A stretch of 64,000 nucleotides of DNA from Azolla caroliniana (GCA_043228905.1 JBHGNT010000006.1:7564001-7628000), one strand, 5' to 3'; shown: positions 11,760-23,956, counted from the stretch's first letter. Program-made: numbers and translations. The notes: generated by a model not told the origin, from the letters alone.

Positions 11760-12630
11760 GTGCCTAATCAAGAAGCTGCTAAACAACCAGGTTTTAATCA
11801 ATATGGCCAAACAAGTCAACAAGTTGGGTATGGTCAACATCAACTCACGAGCTATAACCAACAAGAATCTGCTCCAACCTATGGGCAAGGGGGTTCCTTT
11901 CAACCAGGGTATCCCCCTCAAGAGGATTCAACAGGATCTGGTGGTTCTTCTCAAGGTGGTTATGGACAACTTCAATCTGGATATAATACTCAAGGATATG
12001 GTACTCAAGGGTCGTTGCCAACTAATTATGGACAACCAAGTAGTTATGGCCAACAACCTTCTAGCTATGGAGCTTCACAACCAGGATCAAGTGCATTATA
12101 TGGTAGTCAGGGGCCAATACAACCCCCACCAAACTATGCTATTCAAGGGTCTATTCCTCCACCACAATCTGGTTATGCTCACCCTACCTCAGCTCAACAA
12201 GGCTATGGAAACTCGACAAGCTATGGAAACACTTATGATGACCATTCTCAAGGCACTGCTCAGCATGTATACAATCAAGGTGAGGGGAAAGGTGGTGTTA
12301 GTACTGGTGGTTTGGATTCAAGTAATGTGTCTGTTGCATCTGGCGTGGTCTCTTCCACTACAGAGGGCTGAAATCAAGTAGAGAACTTTTGGTTGCAATT
12401 TGGTGGAGTGTCATCCTCTGCAGAGAGTTGAATGAAACCTATGAGGTACTAATGTTTATTTAATCATGGAGATTGTGTTTTTGTTATCTAAGACTTTGCT
12501 TCCGTTGTGGAAGAGGTCAGTACATTTTGTTGTTTCTTTTTCAGTGCAAATGTTATGTTCCCCCCTCTTGTTTCAGTTAGTTTTTAAGTGACTATTTGAG
12601 TAATGACAATCACAAAACTATTTGAGTAAT
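11760..12630 (+). pseudogene. Captured host-gene 3' fragment inside the hAT: 203 codons of S/Y/G/Q/P-rich low-complexity coding sequence, stop at 12369-12371, T-rich 3' UTR
   Basis: ORF 11760-12371 has no stops and no in-frame ATG; it is flanked by a 16-bp direct repeat GCAAAATCTCCAGCCA (11744-11759, 12631-12646). Resemblance to the C-terminus of plant KH-domain FUBP-like proteins is from memory only. Confidence 0.65.
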
Positions 12631-13091
12631 GCAAAATCTCCAGCCATTTTTGTAGAAGAGCAAAAGGAAGTAGAGGTAGCACAAGCACCTGAACAAAGTG
12701 AAAACAGAATTGAAAGGAAGATACAAGAAATTGGCCAAGTATGTCCAAAAAAATGAAGATTGGGTGCAATTAGAAAACTGTAGACCAACGTGCACATTCT
12801 GTCTTCTAACTGCAAGACGAGAGATCAGTTTCTTAACTTTGATTTCAGACAAGCAGAAAGATAGTATCCATCCACTGAGAAGGCTGGTTGTCAAAGTCAT
12901 AAATTGAAATATAAAAGCCTCCGGATCCATCTACATATAATGGTGACTTGAATCGCTTCTTGGAATTTTTGTTTGGCAGTGTTCAGGTCTACGAGTGATG
13001 CACATATCACAACCATATAAGACAGGAATGAATAATCACAACTATTCAGATGATATCAATCATTCTGGAAAGACTAGCAGCAAAAATGGAT

Positions 13092-13142
<51 letters not shown>

Positions 13143-14074
13143 ACCTTAGATGGTTGAGGAGGACTGCTGCAGGAGATGTTGAATCTATGAGTAGCTGGCA
13201 ACGAGCAACAAGCTTCCAGCAAGGTGCAGGGCTGAGGGAGCAACGAACAAACAGGGAAAATGGGGGAAAATGGGGGAAAATGGGGGAAAAGGGGGAAAAG
13301 GGGGGAAAAGGGAAGTAAAGATTCATAATTTAGACTCTATTAGTTTTTTTACCTTTTTGTTACACACATAGTTATTAGTGACATATGTGAGCCTTTCAAA
13401 TTCCTACACTCCCAATGCAACTTGAACAATTTGTTCCTACTACCTAGGACTATACTACTATAGTATTGGTCTTAGTAAAATTTGACGGTATTATGAAATT
13501 TTAAGCCTTCATTTTTACGTTTTCATAAAACATATGCCCGTCAAGATTGACGGTTTCATTTTAAAATTAACTTTCATATACGGTTAAATTTGCCAAAAAC
13601 GTTCAAAACGGCCGTCAAAAGGCAACACTGGTTACATAAATAGAATCTGTTTTGAATGTTGACTATAAAGGATTTGTTCCTAATATTTAAGTGAAAGATC
13701 TCAAGATTCCCTACTATTGAGTTCATTTAATGCAGGACTTACACCCTTGTACTTATATTCTCCTCACACATGTGCACCCTTGCACATGAGATGTATATAT
13801 ACCTCATTGTGGGTTACATTTTTGTAACTTGATGATGTCTTTTTAATATAAGTAAGAGTTCTTTGTGCTACACTCGTTAATCATCCCCCATTTACTATTG
13901 TTAAGTGTAACTTCCTCTCTCTCTCTCTCTTCCTCTCACACACATCACATAATCTTCCGCAACTTAATCACACACGTGATTAAACATTCACATAATTAGA
14001 TACTAATTAATCATTAGTTAATCTTCTAATTATTAACATGGTATTAGAGCGTGTGGTTTAGCATATCCAATTTG

Positions 14075-14460
14075 GCAATGGTGCAATATCGTGGAAGTCG
14101 AAACTCCATGAGTGCATGGCCACATCGACGATCGAGGTTGAATATGTAGCCGTGTCCAATGTAGAGAAAGAAGCTTAATGGCTTGGTCAACTGGCCTGTA
14201 CGTTTCGGTAAGTTGATCCTAACTCGGCTCCAATCAGGGAGTCGATGCTTTGTCGAATAATTCGGTGCACCACAATGCCTCAAAGCATATCGAAGTTTGA
14301 TGTCACTTCGTTCGAGAATGCATAACTAGTGGAAAGCTCGGCCTGTAGAAGATCTCCACGACCGAGAATGTTGTAGACGGGATGACCAAGTGTCTATTGG
14401 TTGACCGATTCCGGTCACTAAGGCAAAAAATTGGCGTAAGAGGAATGGGTCCAGTCGATT
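14075..14460 (+). mobile_element. Degenerate copia RNase H fragment
   Basis: NGAISWKSKLHECMATSTIEVEYVAVS...HNASKHIEV*CHFVRE...ENVVDGMTKCL with stops. Confidence 0.8.
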
Positions 14461-14947
14461 CGGACATTACGGCTTCAACTCAATCGACTAGGACATAAAG
14501 ATGAATTTAGAATTTGGCAATTGGCTTTTGGCAACCGATCGGCTACCATCTTTAAACCCTTGTTGATTCGGCAACTAGCCGAATTGTTTTCTAACATCTC
14601 TTTGAATAACATGTAGTTTTGTTTATCTTCTCTTATTACAGATTTTTTGTTGTATATGTTGAGAATCGACCAGCCACAACCGGTTATCACGTATATGTTG
14701 TCGTGGGGAAAACTGGCCATAAGGAGAAACTTCGTCGGATGCGCGTGAAAGAGGGTGTGCAAGTATGCACATGAACACGGGTTAATGTACAAAGAAATGT
14801 AAATATGAGTAAGAGTATTTAAAGGTACTAGGTAGAGTAGTTAATGGGTACTTTAATGTCCCACAAAAAGAGAGGAATAAGAGGGTGTGATGTGAGAGAA
14901 TCAAGGAGAATTGCTTACAAAAATGATCATTTTGGAGGCGGAAGCTC

Positions 14948-15360
14948 TGTCGGATTGCAGAGTCGACTACTCGTTTCTTGCTTTCTATCTGTTGGTAGCT
15001 GGAAGCCCGGGTCCTTCTGACCAGAGGCTCACTAGTGTCTGTGTGTGTGTGTTAAGGGCTCAAAGCTCTGTTACCGGCCATGCCCGGTTGTATTCCTCTC
15101 TGCAACTGACGAATCAATTACCTTTGTTGCTATCTGGATCTCCCTATGTCATTGAGTGTCTCTCTCTGTTTCTGTCCACATTCTCATCTTCCGTTTTCCT
15201 TTGCTTGCGTGTTTAGGTAAGTCTCTGGGACCGTGTGCTCATCCTCCGGAATCTGGCGACAAGTCCGGATCAGAATATGTGTTTGAGCCGTGTGTTCATG
15301 TAAAGAATCAACAGATGGATTCTTGTGAAGCGGAATAGGTGTGAACTCTCTGTGTGTGTG

Positions 15361-15397
<37 letters not shown>

Positions 15398-18300
15398 ACG
15401 CAAGGTTAAGTATATTAACAAAGGAGAAAGACTCAACGTAAAGGTGGGAGGAGGGTGCTTTATGTAGTCACCCTCTCTCTTCATTAACTACAAGACTCAT
15501 GGAGCATGGGGAATGTGAAAGCTCATAAGTTATGTGTCATAGAATATGATTCTATGACTCATACTAAATGCTAGAATACAAAGTGGTGGTGACATAATGG
15601 TGACTCTTGACCATTGGAGTGTCTCTTCACTCTCAAGGTGAGTTCACACACTAGACCAAGTTGAGCTTGATTCTCGACACGCCCCCTCAAGCTCAAGTCG
15701 GGTCGGTTTCAGACGGTATCCGAAATCCGCTTCAACTCGCGTTCCGGAGTCCGCGTCGACTCGCGTTGGCTCGCTTTATGCAGAGTTGTGGAATCCGTGC
15801 TCCAGCTTGCGTTGTGCGTAGTTACGAAGTTTGTGCTTCGGCTTGCGTGCGTAGTTGTGAAGTCTGTGCTTCGCCTTGCGTCTTTCTTCGCGGCTTTGCA
15901 CAGTAGATCGGCTCTTCGCTGCTTCGTTGCGTGGTTGCAGATTCCACGCGTTATTGCGTAGTGCGCGGTTGCGGAATCTACGCGTTATTGCATAGTGTCT
16001 TTAGTACTCCCCCTCAAGCTTGGCATGTCAGGGATCGTCAATTCGAGATCGGTCATGAATTGCCATAGGTTGTCGGCTCCTAAGGCTTTAGTGAAGATGT
16101 TAGCCGTTTGAAGATTGGTGCTAATGTGTTGTAGGTCGACATCACCAGCCAGAACGCGCTCTCGAATGAAGTGATAGTGCACTTCGATGTGCTTTGTCCG
16201 CGCGTGGAACACCGGGTTCCGAGCCAGATAGATATTGCTCATGTTGTCACAGTAAAGGGAAGTCGGATCCTTGATGGGTACGCCCAGATCCTTCAAAATC
16301 CTCTTGAGCCATACGGCTTCACACGCAGCTACAGTTGCGCCCCTATATTCTGCCTATGTACTCGAAAGAGCGACGATAGGCTGCTTCTTGCTACTCTAGG
16401 ATATTGCTCCGCTGCCGAGGGAGAAAACAAATCCGGAGGTTGATCTTCTATCAGCTTTGTAGCCGGCCCAATCGGCGTCTGTGTACCCCTCGAGTCATAT
16501 TGGCATCGCGGTCTTGTAGAGGATGCCGCAATCCATTGTGCCACTCACGTAGTGTAGAACTCGCTTAGCGCAATCCAAGTGAGTATCACACGGTGTTTGC
16601 ATGAATTGGCTAAGGAGACTGACCGGATAACTGAGATCAGGTCGTGTGATCGTGAGGTAGATGAGACTCCCGATGAGTTGCCGATACTGAGTCGGCTCAC
16701 ACGCTTTGGTGCCAGAGTTCACATCTAGTTTGAGATTGCGATCGAGCGGGGTTGCCGCGGATTTGCACTCAGTCATACCGAACTTGTATAACAAGTTGAG
16801 GATGTAGTGCTGTTGAGAGATCATGATTCCGGCCGGAGTTCGAATTACCTCGATGTCGAGGAAGTAGTGGAGCTCCTTCATGTCCGTCATCTCGAACTTG
16901 TCGGAAATGAGGGATTTGACCTTATTGATTTCGACGAGATGCTCACCTCCAATGACTAGGTCATCCACATATAAGATGATGATGATCAGACTTTCGGAAT
17001 CGCTTTGTATGTAGAGGGAGTTGTCCGATTTTGACATACGGAATCCAATTTGATGAAGATATTGCGTTATCTTCGAATGCCAAGCACGCGGTGCTTGCTT
17101 GAGGCCGTAGAGTGGCTTCTTGAGTCGGCATACAACTTTCGGATGGGTGCTCGAGTCGAAGCTAGGTGGTTGTATCATGTACACCTCCTCTTCTAATTCG
17201 CCTTGTAGAAAGGCGTTCTTGACGTCCATTTGATGGAGGTGCGAGGTGCCACCCTTTCGCCGCAGCAAGTGCAATTACGGTCCGTACCGTCGTCATTTTT
17301 GCCATCGGGGCAAAGGTCTCTTCGTAGTCAACTCCGTGCATTTGGGCGTAGCCTTTCGCTACGAGTCGCGCTTTGTAGCGGTTGACGGAACCGTCGACGT
17401 TGTACTTCACTTTGTAAATTCATCTGCATCCGATCGCCTTTTTGTGTGGTGAGGTGGGAACGAGATCCCACGTCTCGTTCTTGCGTAGTGTCTGCATCTC
17501 CTCGTTCATTGCTTCGATCCATCGCGGGTCCTTTGCGGCTTCAGAAAAGGTTTCCGGCTCCCGTACTATCGCTACCTTCATCATAAAGGCGTAATGGTAC
17601 GCCATATAATCGTTGTAGCTGAATCGGCTTACGGGGTTCTTCTCACGGGTGGATCGGCGAAGCTTTTCATTTGCAGAGATGAGGGCTTTCTTAGCTCTGA
17701 TTGGTACCTCGAAACCGCCGAACTCACTGTCGAGTGAGTGAGTCGATTCATCGTCGTCGAAGAGATCGTCTTCGTATTCTGCCATTTTCGCCTTGCCTTT
17801 GTCCATCTTTGGGCAAGGCCGTGATGTGCTTTGATCGCTCAAAGGCTCTTGTGGTCTGCTTAATCGGGTCATGATCGGACTTTCTTTGAATATGCGCGTA
17901 AGGCATTCTTCATCCTCGATCTCTTGTTCGGCGAATTCCGGGTCGAGCGGAGTCGGAGTCGGAGTTGTCTCTGGTGTGTACCAGGATGCAGACTCGTAAA
18001 AAATGACGTCTCGACTTACTCGAGATTTTCGAGTTGAAGGGTTGTAGCACTTGTACCCTTTTTTCTCTAGTGAGTATCCTACGAGGATACATTTCTCTGA
18101 CTTTGGGTCAAGATTTTGACGCTTCTCGTCGGGGATGTGCACGTATGCTATCGCGTCGAATATTCGGATGTGCGATAAGTCCGGCTTCTTTCCGAAGTAA
18201 TTTTCGTGCGGAGTGACCTCGTGCACGCCGGATGTTGTGCACCGGTTCATTAGGTAGACGACCGTATTTGCAGCTTCGGCCCAATATGACTTGGGCATAT

Positions 18301-20849
18301 GCTTCTCGTTCATCATGGCCCGTGCTACTTCGAGGATGTGCCGATTTTTGCGCTCGGCTACTCCGTTTTGTTGCGGAGTGTGTCGGCAAGTGAATTCTTG
18401 CCGAATTCCTTCCTTTCAGAGATACGCCGTGAAGTCGTCCGAGAAGTACTCCTTGCCGCCATCCGATCAAAGACAACGTACATGTCTGCCCGTGGCTTTC
18501 TCGACTTCATTCTTGAAAGTTTGGAAGTGTCCGAACACTTCGCTCTTTTTCCACATCGGGTAGATCCAAGTGTGCTTGGAGAAGTCGTCGATAAAGAGCA
18601 CGTAATATCGGCATCTGCCGAATGTAGCCGTCTGCGCCGGTCCCCATACGTCGGAATGGACTACGTCGAGTAGACCTTTGCTCACGTTCCGCTCTTTCGG
18701 GAATGGGTGTCGGTGTTGCTTGCCGAATTGGCACGCTTCGCATACACCTTCAATCTCCTTCTCTTTGAATGTTGGGAGTCCGATGACAACTCCTTTCGAT
18801 TTCATTGCTTTGAGCTTTTGGATATTTATATGGCCAATCCGCTTGTGCCATAACTCTATGTCAGAGTCGGCTTTCATGCCCTTTGCGAACATGGCGTATT
18901 TCATTTCGTGTGAGTCGAGAATGAACATTCGGCCCTCTCTTCGTCTGCGTGCGATGAGTCGGCCCTCTTTTTCAATGAAGCAACCGCCTTGATTAAATCG
19001 AACTTGCATCCCTTGCTCTACAATTTGGCCGACGGAGACCAAATTCTTCGTAATGGTCGGTATATGCAAGACATTTGTAATGTAATTTTGCTTACCTTCT
19101 TTTCCGAACGGAACATTGCCGATGTGCCGAATCGGGTGCGTAGTGTCGTCTCCGGTTTCGACATAGCCGGGTCGGTTCGGCTCTCGAAGTTCTCGGAACC
19201 ATTCTTGATGCGATGTCATATGGTTCGAGGCACCGGAATCGACGAACCATACATCTTCCGGACCGGAGGCACTAGTTGAGGTAAAGGCCGACATAGAGTT
19301 TGCTCTATGTTTTATCATGAACATTCCGCCACGGTCGGAGTTGCGTGCATACATTCCGCCATGATCTTCGTAGTCGGAGTTGTTCTCGTACATTCCACTA
19401 TACTCTTCGTAGTCGGAATTGTGTGCGTAATTCGTGAGTTGTCGGCTTGTGGAAGCCGATTCACGCATCTTCTTTCGGCACTCTTCTTCGTGGTGGCCGA
19501 GCTTTCCGCAATATCCGCATTCGGTTGCGTTTTGAAGGCTCGGGCCGGAGTGGAAGCTCCCCCTTCTTACAAAGGTTCCTTGTTGGCCTCCGTTTTGCGG
19601 CCGAAATTGGGATGTGTTGTCGTAGGTCGGACCTCGTCCGCCTTGTCCTTGGCCAAATTGGCCTCTCGCTCATCCACGTCCTCTTCCTCCATTAGAGTGC
19701 GTGTAGAGCATGTGGCCTTCCGACTCATTGCTCCTTGTACGCATGTGGTTTTCTTCGACCAATAGCATTGATTGGAGCTCGACGAAGGAGGGAGATTTCT
19801 CCCGTGCTAGAACGGCGGTTCGCATCGCACCGAACCGTGGTGTAAGGCCGCCGAGGCATATTTGCACCATCTCATCATCATCTATACTTACGCTTATTGA
19901 GCCGAGCGAGTCGCAAAGCTCCTTGATCTTCAAGCTGTATGTTGTGATGGACATGTCCCTTTGTTGAATGTTGTTCAACTCTTGGCGGAGTTGAAGCTTC
20001 CTCGCGGTCGTGTTGGCGGCGAAAATCTTTCGTAGATTTTCCCATGCCTCCTTCGGCGTCTTGGCTTTGCGAATGTAGCCAAGCATGTGATTGTGAACAC
20101 ATGTTGCCAAGCAATACATCACGCGGCGTGCGGCTTGCTCCCATGTCGCGTATCCGGGAGCCGCTTCGGTGGGTCGGTCTTCATGTGCTCCTTTGATGTA
20201 GCTCCAATAGCCTTGTCCGACAAGGTATTGGTGCATTTGGTACTCCCAAGATGCGAAGTTGTTTCGATCCAACTTCTCGGTAGGGAGAGCGCTCCCCATT
20301 TGAGTATTCATTATGTCGATTCTTCTTCTTCTTCTTCTCTCTTCGAATGCGAGCTATGTAGTAAAGCTACGATAGCGATGAGCACAACACACGATCACGA
20401 TGAGGCGAATGGGCTAGATCGAGCTACCAAATCGCTTTGATACCATGTAAAGAATCAATAGATGGATTCTTGTGAAGCGGAATAGGTGTGAACTGTGTGT
20501 GTGTGTGTGTATGAGAGAGAGAGACACACACACACACAGAGTATACGCAAGGTTAAGTATATTAACAAAGGAGAAGGACTCAACATTATACAAGGTGGGA
20601 GGAGGGTGCTTTATGTAGTCACCCTCTCTCTTCATTAACTACAAGACTCATGGAGCATGGGGAATGTGAAAGCTCATAAGTTATGTGTCATAGAATATGA
20701 TTCTATGACTCATACTAAATGCTAGAATACAAAGTGGTGACATAATGGTGACTCTTGACCGTTGGAGTGTCTCTTCACTCTCAAGGTGAGTTCACACACT
20801 AGACCAAGTTGAGCTTGATTCTCAACAGTTCATCATCAGGCATCCGATA
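14948..20849 (+). mobile_element. Probable old LTR (14948-15298 plus 20833-20849) split by copia A
   Basis: Begins TGTCGGAT after a purine-rich GGAGGCGGAAG and ends ATCCGATA, a degenerate inverted terminus. Confidence 0.35.
15299..20827 (-). mobile_element. Copia element A, full length with frameshifted gag-pol
   Basis: LTRs 20446-20827 (5') and 15299-15679 (3'), TG..CA; TSD GTTCA; PBS TGGTATCAAAGC (20434-20445); PPT at 15680-15690. Domain order gag (MNTQMG, 20311), PR (WFVDSGAS), IN (HSDVWGP, QQNGVAER), RT ([15 protein letters not shown]), RH (RTKHIEVHYH). Confidence 0.95.
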
Positions 20850-20963
20850 ACTAGTCTGGATCGGTTAGGTACCCATATCCGTGCCCATGTGCCGGCGAAG
20901 GTATTCGGAAATGGACCCACATATTCACTACACCTTTCTCTCGCTTTCTCTTATTATCTCCTT

Positions 20964-21607
20964 CGTTCAAGACCCTGGTGGTCCAACCCCCTTTTCGACA
21001 CATATACGCGGATATCCGCGACAACGTATGTGGGTGCAAATATCATGAATGACAATACACAGACAACCAAGAACAGAAATACAGAGACACAAGTATTTTA
21101 CGTGGAAAACCCGGAAAGGGAAAAACCACAGGGGTCCACAAACCCCAAGAAATAATTCATTATATAGACAGGGGAATACAAGGAGACTTGCAGGCACCGA
21201 GCTTGAGCTCATCTTCGTCTAGCAAACGGCGGCAAAGGTACAACTCTCACTCTCACTCTCACTCTCACTTACTCTCTTAGTTACAAACTATAGTGGCAAC
21301 AACCTACAATAACTATACAATAATTATCATCATCTACATTCTAACTACATTAATTTGCCCTAAGTATATTTATACTCATATATAATATGGGCTATTCACA
21401 ATTATGGCCCACTAAGGGCACATTTAGGCCATTTACAATTATAGCCCCCTCCCTATTCGGCTAATAACCGAATTGATTATCCATCGATTGTCGATTAGTC
21501 GATTTTTTGGAAATTGATTTTCGGCCTTGGTCGAGTTTACCTATCAATTCCATTCCATTCCATTCGGCTCATGCTCTTCCCATTTGGAGGGACCTATTTT
21601 CCCAAAA
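20964..21607 (-). mobile_element. Degenerate solo LTR, same family as 55985-56601, 31478-32158 and 43866
   Basis: Shares ACGTGGAAAACCC..GAAAAACCAC and terminal GGG..GTCCCTC..ATGGGAAGAGCATGAG blocks with 55985-56601; no clear TSD. Confidence 0.6.
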
Positions 21608-22968
21608 ATATACTGTTGAGAGACAAGCTTAACTTGAGTCGAACGGCTAAAAGCCGATAGGTCGGTCGGTCGAGGAAGATGACAACCGATTTGATTAATG
21701 AGAGTTGGCTGAAGAAGCCGACAACTGGTCGGCTAAGGAATAGGTTGATGGCCGTTATGGACTATATTCCTTTCATAGTAATGGGAATATTTTAGGAGTC
21801 AGTGTCAGTAGCTCAGTTATGAGCATTGAAGTACCTCTCAATCCTTTGAGGACTTGTATAAAGAGTGCTCACTGAGCACATTTTGATGTACATAGTGTTG
21901 TTATTTTGAAATATACTTTGTTGATTGCTCTCTCTCTCTCTCTCTCTCTCATTCTGGGTGTATTTCTAACTGTTGTCTATCATTGTTGTCTATCATTTGG
22001 TCTAGTCGTCTGTGTTGTTAACTCGTAAGCTTCCTCATCTTATTTTTCTACATGGTATCAAAGCGCGAGGGTTGAGAATCCTCTGCTACCGACAAAGCAA
22101 ATCAACACAACGACGAAGAGCTGCTCTTTCGAACAACGTGAACATGGACAAAGGCCTAACTAAATTGCTTCCATCAGAAAAGCTCGACAGGAGAAACTAT
22201 GCATCTTGGCATACAAGATGCACCAATATCTTCTTGGCCACAAATATTGGAGTTATGTGGAAGGAGCGATTGTAGCACCAAAGTCGTCACACAACTTGAG
22301 AGCAAGCATCAAGCCGAGTCTTGTACTGCTTTGCATCTTGTGTGAGCGATCAAATGCTCAGCTACATTAAAGATGCAAAGTCACCGAATGATGCTTGGGG
22401 CAAGAGCTCAATAATGTCTGACAAGGAGGTATGTCGATCACTGATTATACCATGAAGATCAAGCAAATTTGTGACTCACTCGGCTCCATCATCGTGACGG
22501 TGGATGAAGAAGAGATGATGTAGATCTGTCTTGGTGGTTTAGCTTAGAAATATGGGTCGATTCGGATGACTATTTGCAATAGAGAGAATACCCCGTCCTT
22601 TTTTGACTTTTAATTGATGCTCCTTGTAGAGGAGAACCACGTGGGTGCATCGATGAGCACGCACACAGACAACAAGGTGTTGTACATGGAGGCAGATAGG
22701 CCCCGAGGTCGTGGTGGAGGTCGTGGATCGGCACGCAATGGAGGCGGCCAACAAGAGCAGAACTAGAGGCAAAGAGGAAGTGTCGATAATAGTGGACCCT
22801 TCACGGGTAGGGGTAGTCAAGGTGGTGTTAAAAGCTGGCAAAACAAAGCCACTAACTGTTGCTATTATGGTCGAAAGGGCCACAAGGAGAGCGAGTGTTG
22901 GAAGAAATAGGATGATTCTGACAAAGTTGGATCAAGCAGAGTGGACTCCGAGAGACAACAGAGATCAC

Positions 22969-23956
22969 TATCGTGAAGTAGGAAAGCTTCACATTAAAAG
23001 TCTACAAAAAGATAAATATATAACTAAAATAAAAAGAATCTTGATAGTGTTTTATACATAAAGATTATTAACAAAGAACTATAATAGTATTATACATTAT
23101 ATGTAGAGGTGAACAAAGTAAAATACTACGAACCTCCACCTTATGAGCCTCACATCTTACCGTTAGCCAACATTCATGATATATACAATACAATAATATT
23201 ATACATTATATGTTGTGGCAATACAAAGAAAAAGAATTATATTACATGCACAAGAGAGGACTTCAACCCACATCCTCAACCCTATGGGCCTCAAAGACTA
23301 CCACTTAGTCAATACTCACAATACGTACAAAAGTATATCTGTTGTTTTATTTGAACTAGCACCATATAGCACACATGCAAGAGCCTCTCTGCATTTGCGC
23401 TACATGGCCCACATGCAAGACTATCCCTTTGCTATAAGAAGAGAAGGGGGTGTAGTCACAAGGATATCAAGAAATAAGATTGAATAGAATTATATTGGAT
23501 CAAGAGAGAATTATAATGTAAAAGATATCATAAGAGAGAAAGAGGGAGAGAAGGTGAAGACAATAAACAACCTTTAAAATACAAAAGAAGATCTAGCTTG
23601 GTGGTTGTGGTGCTCAACTTGCAACAAAAGGGTGTTGAGGTTCGAGTCGTACTCTCAACGATGGTTAGAAGGGAAGATTGTGGTTCTTACTATCAAAGAA
23701 AGAGAAGACCAGTTAACTTGAGAGACAAAGTACAAAGGTTCAACGATGCTTACATCCATTTGTAACTCTTTCATCAAATAATTATAAATTTTTTATATTC
23801 CTTCAAATCATTCTATATCATATCTTGTTGATCTCCGTTTATTACATTTCTACTCTTTTCGTCTCTTCCGTCCAAAATCCCGATGATTCCTTCCCCACTT
23901 TCACGTTATCTTTTGTCCGAGCATTGCTACGTTTCTGGGCGAGCCATGCCACGACA
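22969..23956. mobile_element. Solo LTR (about 990 bp) inserted in the gag-PR linker of B
   Basis: Termini TATCGTG..CACGACA; 4-bp TSD TCAC; removing it restores ...AGA TCA CAC TAT GCC GAG (RSHYAE). Confidence 0.75.

Larger units (their letters stand above)
8486..13630 (-). mobile_element. hAT DNA transposon, structurally intact and probably autonomous
   Basis: Perfect 20-bp TIRs CAGTGTTGCCTTTTGACGGC (8486-8505, 13611-13630); 8-bp TSD GTTACATA (8478-8485, 13631-13638); subterminal CCGTCAA/TTGACGG motifs at both ends; uninterrupted transposase ORF. Confidence 0.95.
8420..14050 (+). mobile_element. Copia-type 5' LTR (8420-8485 plus 13639-14038, split by the hAT) followed by a tRNA-Met(i) PBS (14039-14050)
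   Basis: Starts TGTTGAGA, ends TTAACA, immediately followed by TGGTATTAGAGC. Confidence 0.65.

Noticed and set aside
11803-12381. 192-aa overlapping ORF in the captured fragment
   Set aside because: Shifted-frame shadow of the low-complexity SYGQ reading frame, with no motifs
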